Below, one piece after another: positions 63,229 to 64,000 of a DNA stretch of 64,000 nt. This DNA is from Utricularia gibba (taxonomy: Eukaryota > Plantae > Magnoliophyta). The notes beneath the pieces are model-generated. The model worked only from the letters and a program-made list of their open reading frames with translations. It did not search any database and had not been told where the DNA came from. The stretch covers positions 3,038,001 to 3,102,000 of the forward strand of contig CM007990.1 in assembly GCA_002189035.1 (NCBI GenBank), read 5' to 3'. Both the position numbers and the translations under genes were made by a program. Positions within the stretch are counted from its first letter, which is position 1, and the number at the start of each line of letters is the position of its first letter.

Positions 63229-64000
63229 TAGTTCAGCCTTTTAGATTGCTCTTGCATCGTTCTACTTTCTTGTTTTTGTTGTTATACTCAGCTTGTGCTA
63301 TTACCGAATGTTATTATGATGATGAAGGCAATAGTTTGCTCTGTTCTTTCTTCTGGTGTTGATTGGGAACTAGAATTCGTGTACGTTGTGGTTAAGACGT
63401 TTGAAAACTCAGTTGCCTTGGTTTCCTTTGGATGAGATAAGGGAATGGTTCTTGGGATATGTTGAGCAGAATCATATCTATGGTCCATTGATCTCAAGGC
63501 GACCTCCTTTTTTCTCCATTATGTTGCACCCCTAATCCTCCAGGTTCATGGGTTAAGGTATAAAAGAATGCTTCTGCCGCCAGGGCCTCCTGTTCTACGG
63601 GAAACGTGGTGCATGTTGTTTGTACAGCATCCCACATCCATTTCTAAAAAGTAATGGTCCCGTCATGTCTACCAGTCCCGATGCTTTCGTTTCGCCCCAT
63701 TCTTTAGCAAAACCGGTGTGGAAACACGCAAGATGTTGCCTTTTGCAACCACTCAAACTCTGTTACAATGGCTGGGATCTGGTAATGATGGAAGGGAACT
63801 CAGAGCCATCTGTCTGTCTGTCGTCATCTACTGTGGTTAATCACGAACAGCAAGGGCTTGAAATGATCAAAGAGGTTTCTTTGGTAGCTGCTAATCTGGG
63901 CTTGAAATAAACATACTTCACTATCTTATTTATTAAATCTATCACCACCACCACTTAACACCATTTTTTTTATCCAATTTTGTGCGCATCAATATTTCAA

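Noticed and set aside
62404-63257. Antisense Ser/Phe/Leu-rich ORFs over SURF6, and similar ones over the PPR and TMEM87 genes
   Set aside because: Mirror images of Lys/Glu/Arg-rich sense codons.
1-64000. tRNA, rRNA, snRNA/snoRNA or known miRNA genes
   Set aside because: No cloverleaf with A/B boxes, rRNA segment, exact USE+TATA or recognised mature miRNA was found by eye; an Infernal/tRNAscan run is needed to exclude them.

Overview
AT-rich nuclear DNA from a flowering plant (eudicot-like), with spliceosomal genes among many transposon relics. Eight protein-coding loci are supported: an AT3G13410-like membrane protein (candidate V-ATPase accessory subunit, +), ribophorin I/OST1 (-), a small 6-Cys secreted peptide (+) lying tail-to-tail with a PIN1-type auxin carrier (-), a lung-seven-TM/TMEM87-GPR107 family protein (-), a long P-class PPR (+), a DUF266/core-2-I-branching glycosyltransferase (-) and SURF6/RRP14 (+). 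Accessory DNA includes two degenerate Ty1/copia elements, four solo LTRs with target-site repeats (one TSD less certain), hAT and PIF/Harbinger transposase relics, several MITEs, and two plastid-derived inserts (ndhB, psaC). Main observations: (1) three otherwise intact genes (PIN, glycosyltransferase, SURF6) are each exactly 1 nt short at a G/C homopolymer, probably assembly error; (2) the PIN1-type protein has a shortened loop with only one of the three TPRxS phosphosite motifs; (3) the Cys-rich peptide gene ends 100 nt from the PIN stop and has candidate splice forms running antisense over the last PIN exon; (4) related Ac-type hAT MITEs sit in the proximal upstream regions of both PIN and SURF6. 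No CRISPR array, rRNA or tRNA was seen. Protein identities come from recalled motif or homologue similarity, not database searches. I cannot demonstrate a new biological system from this sequence alone; the PIN/peptide locus is the best candidate.
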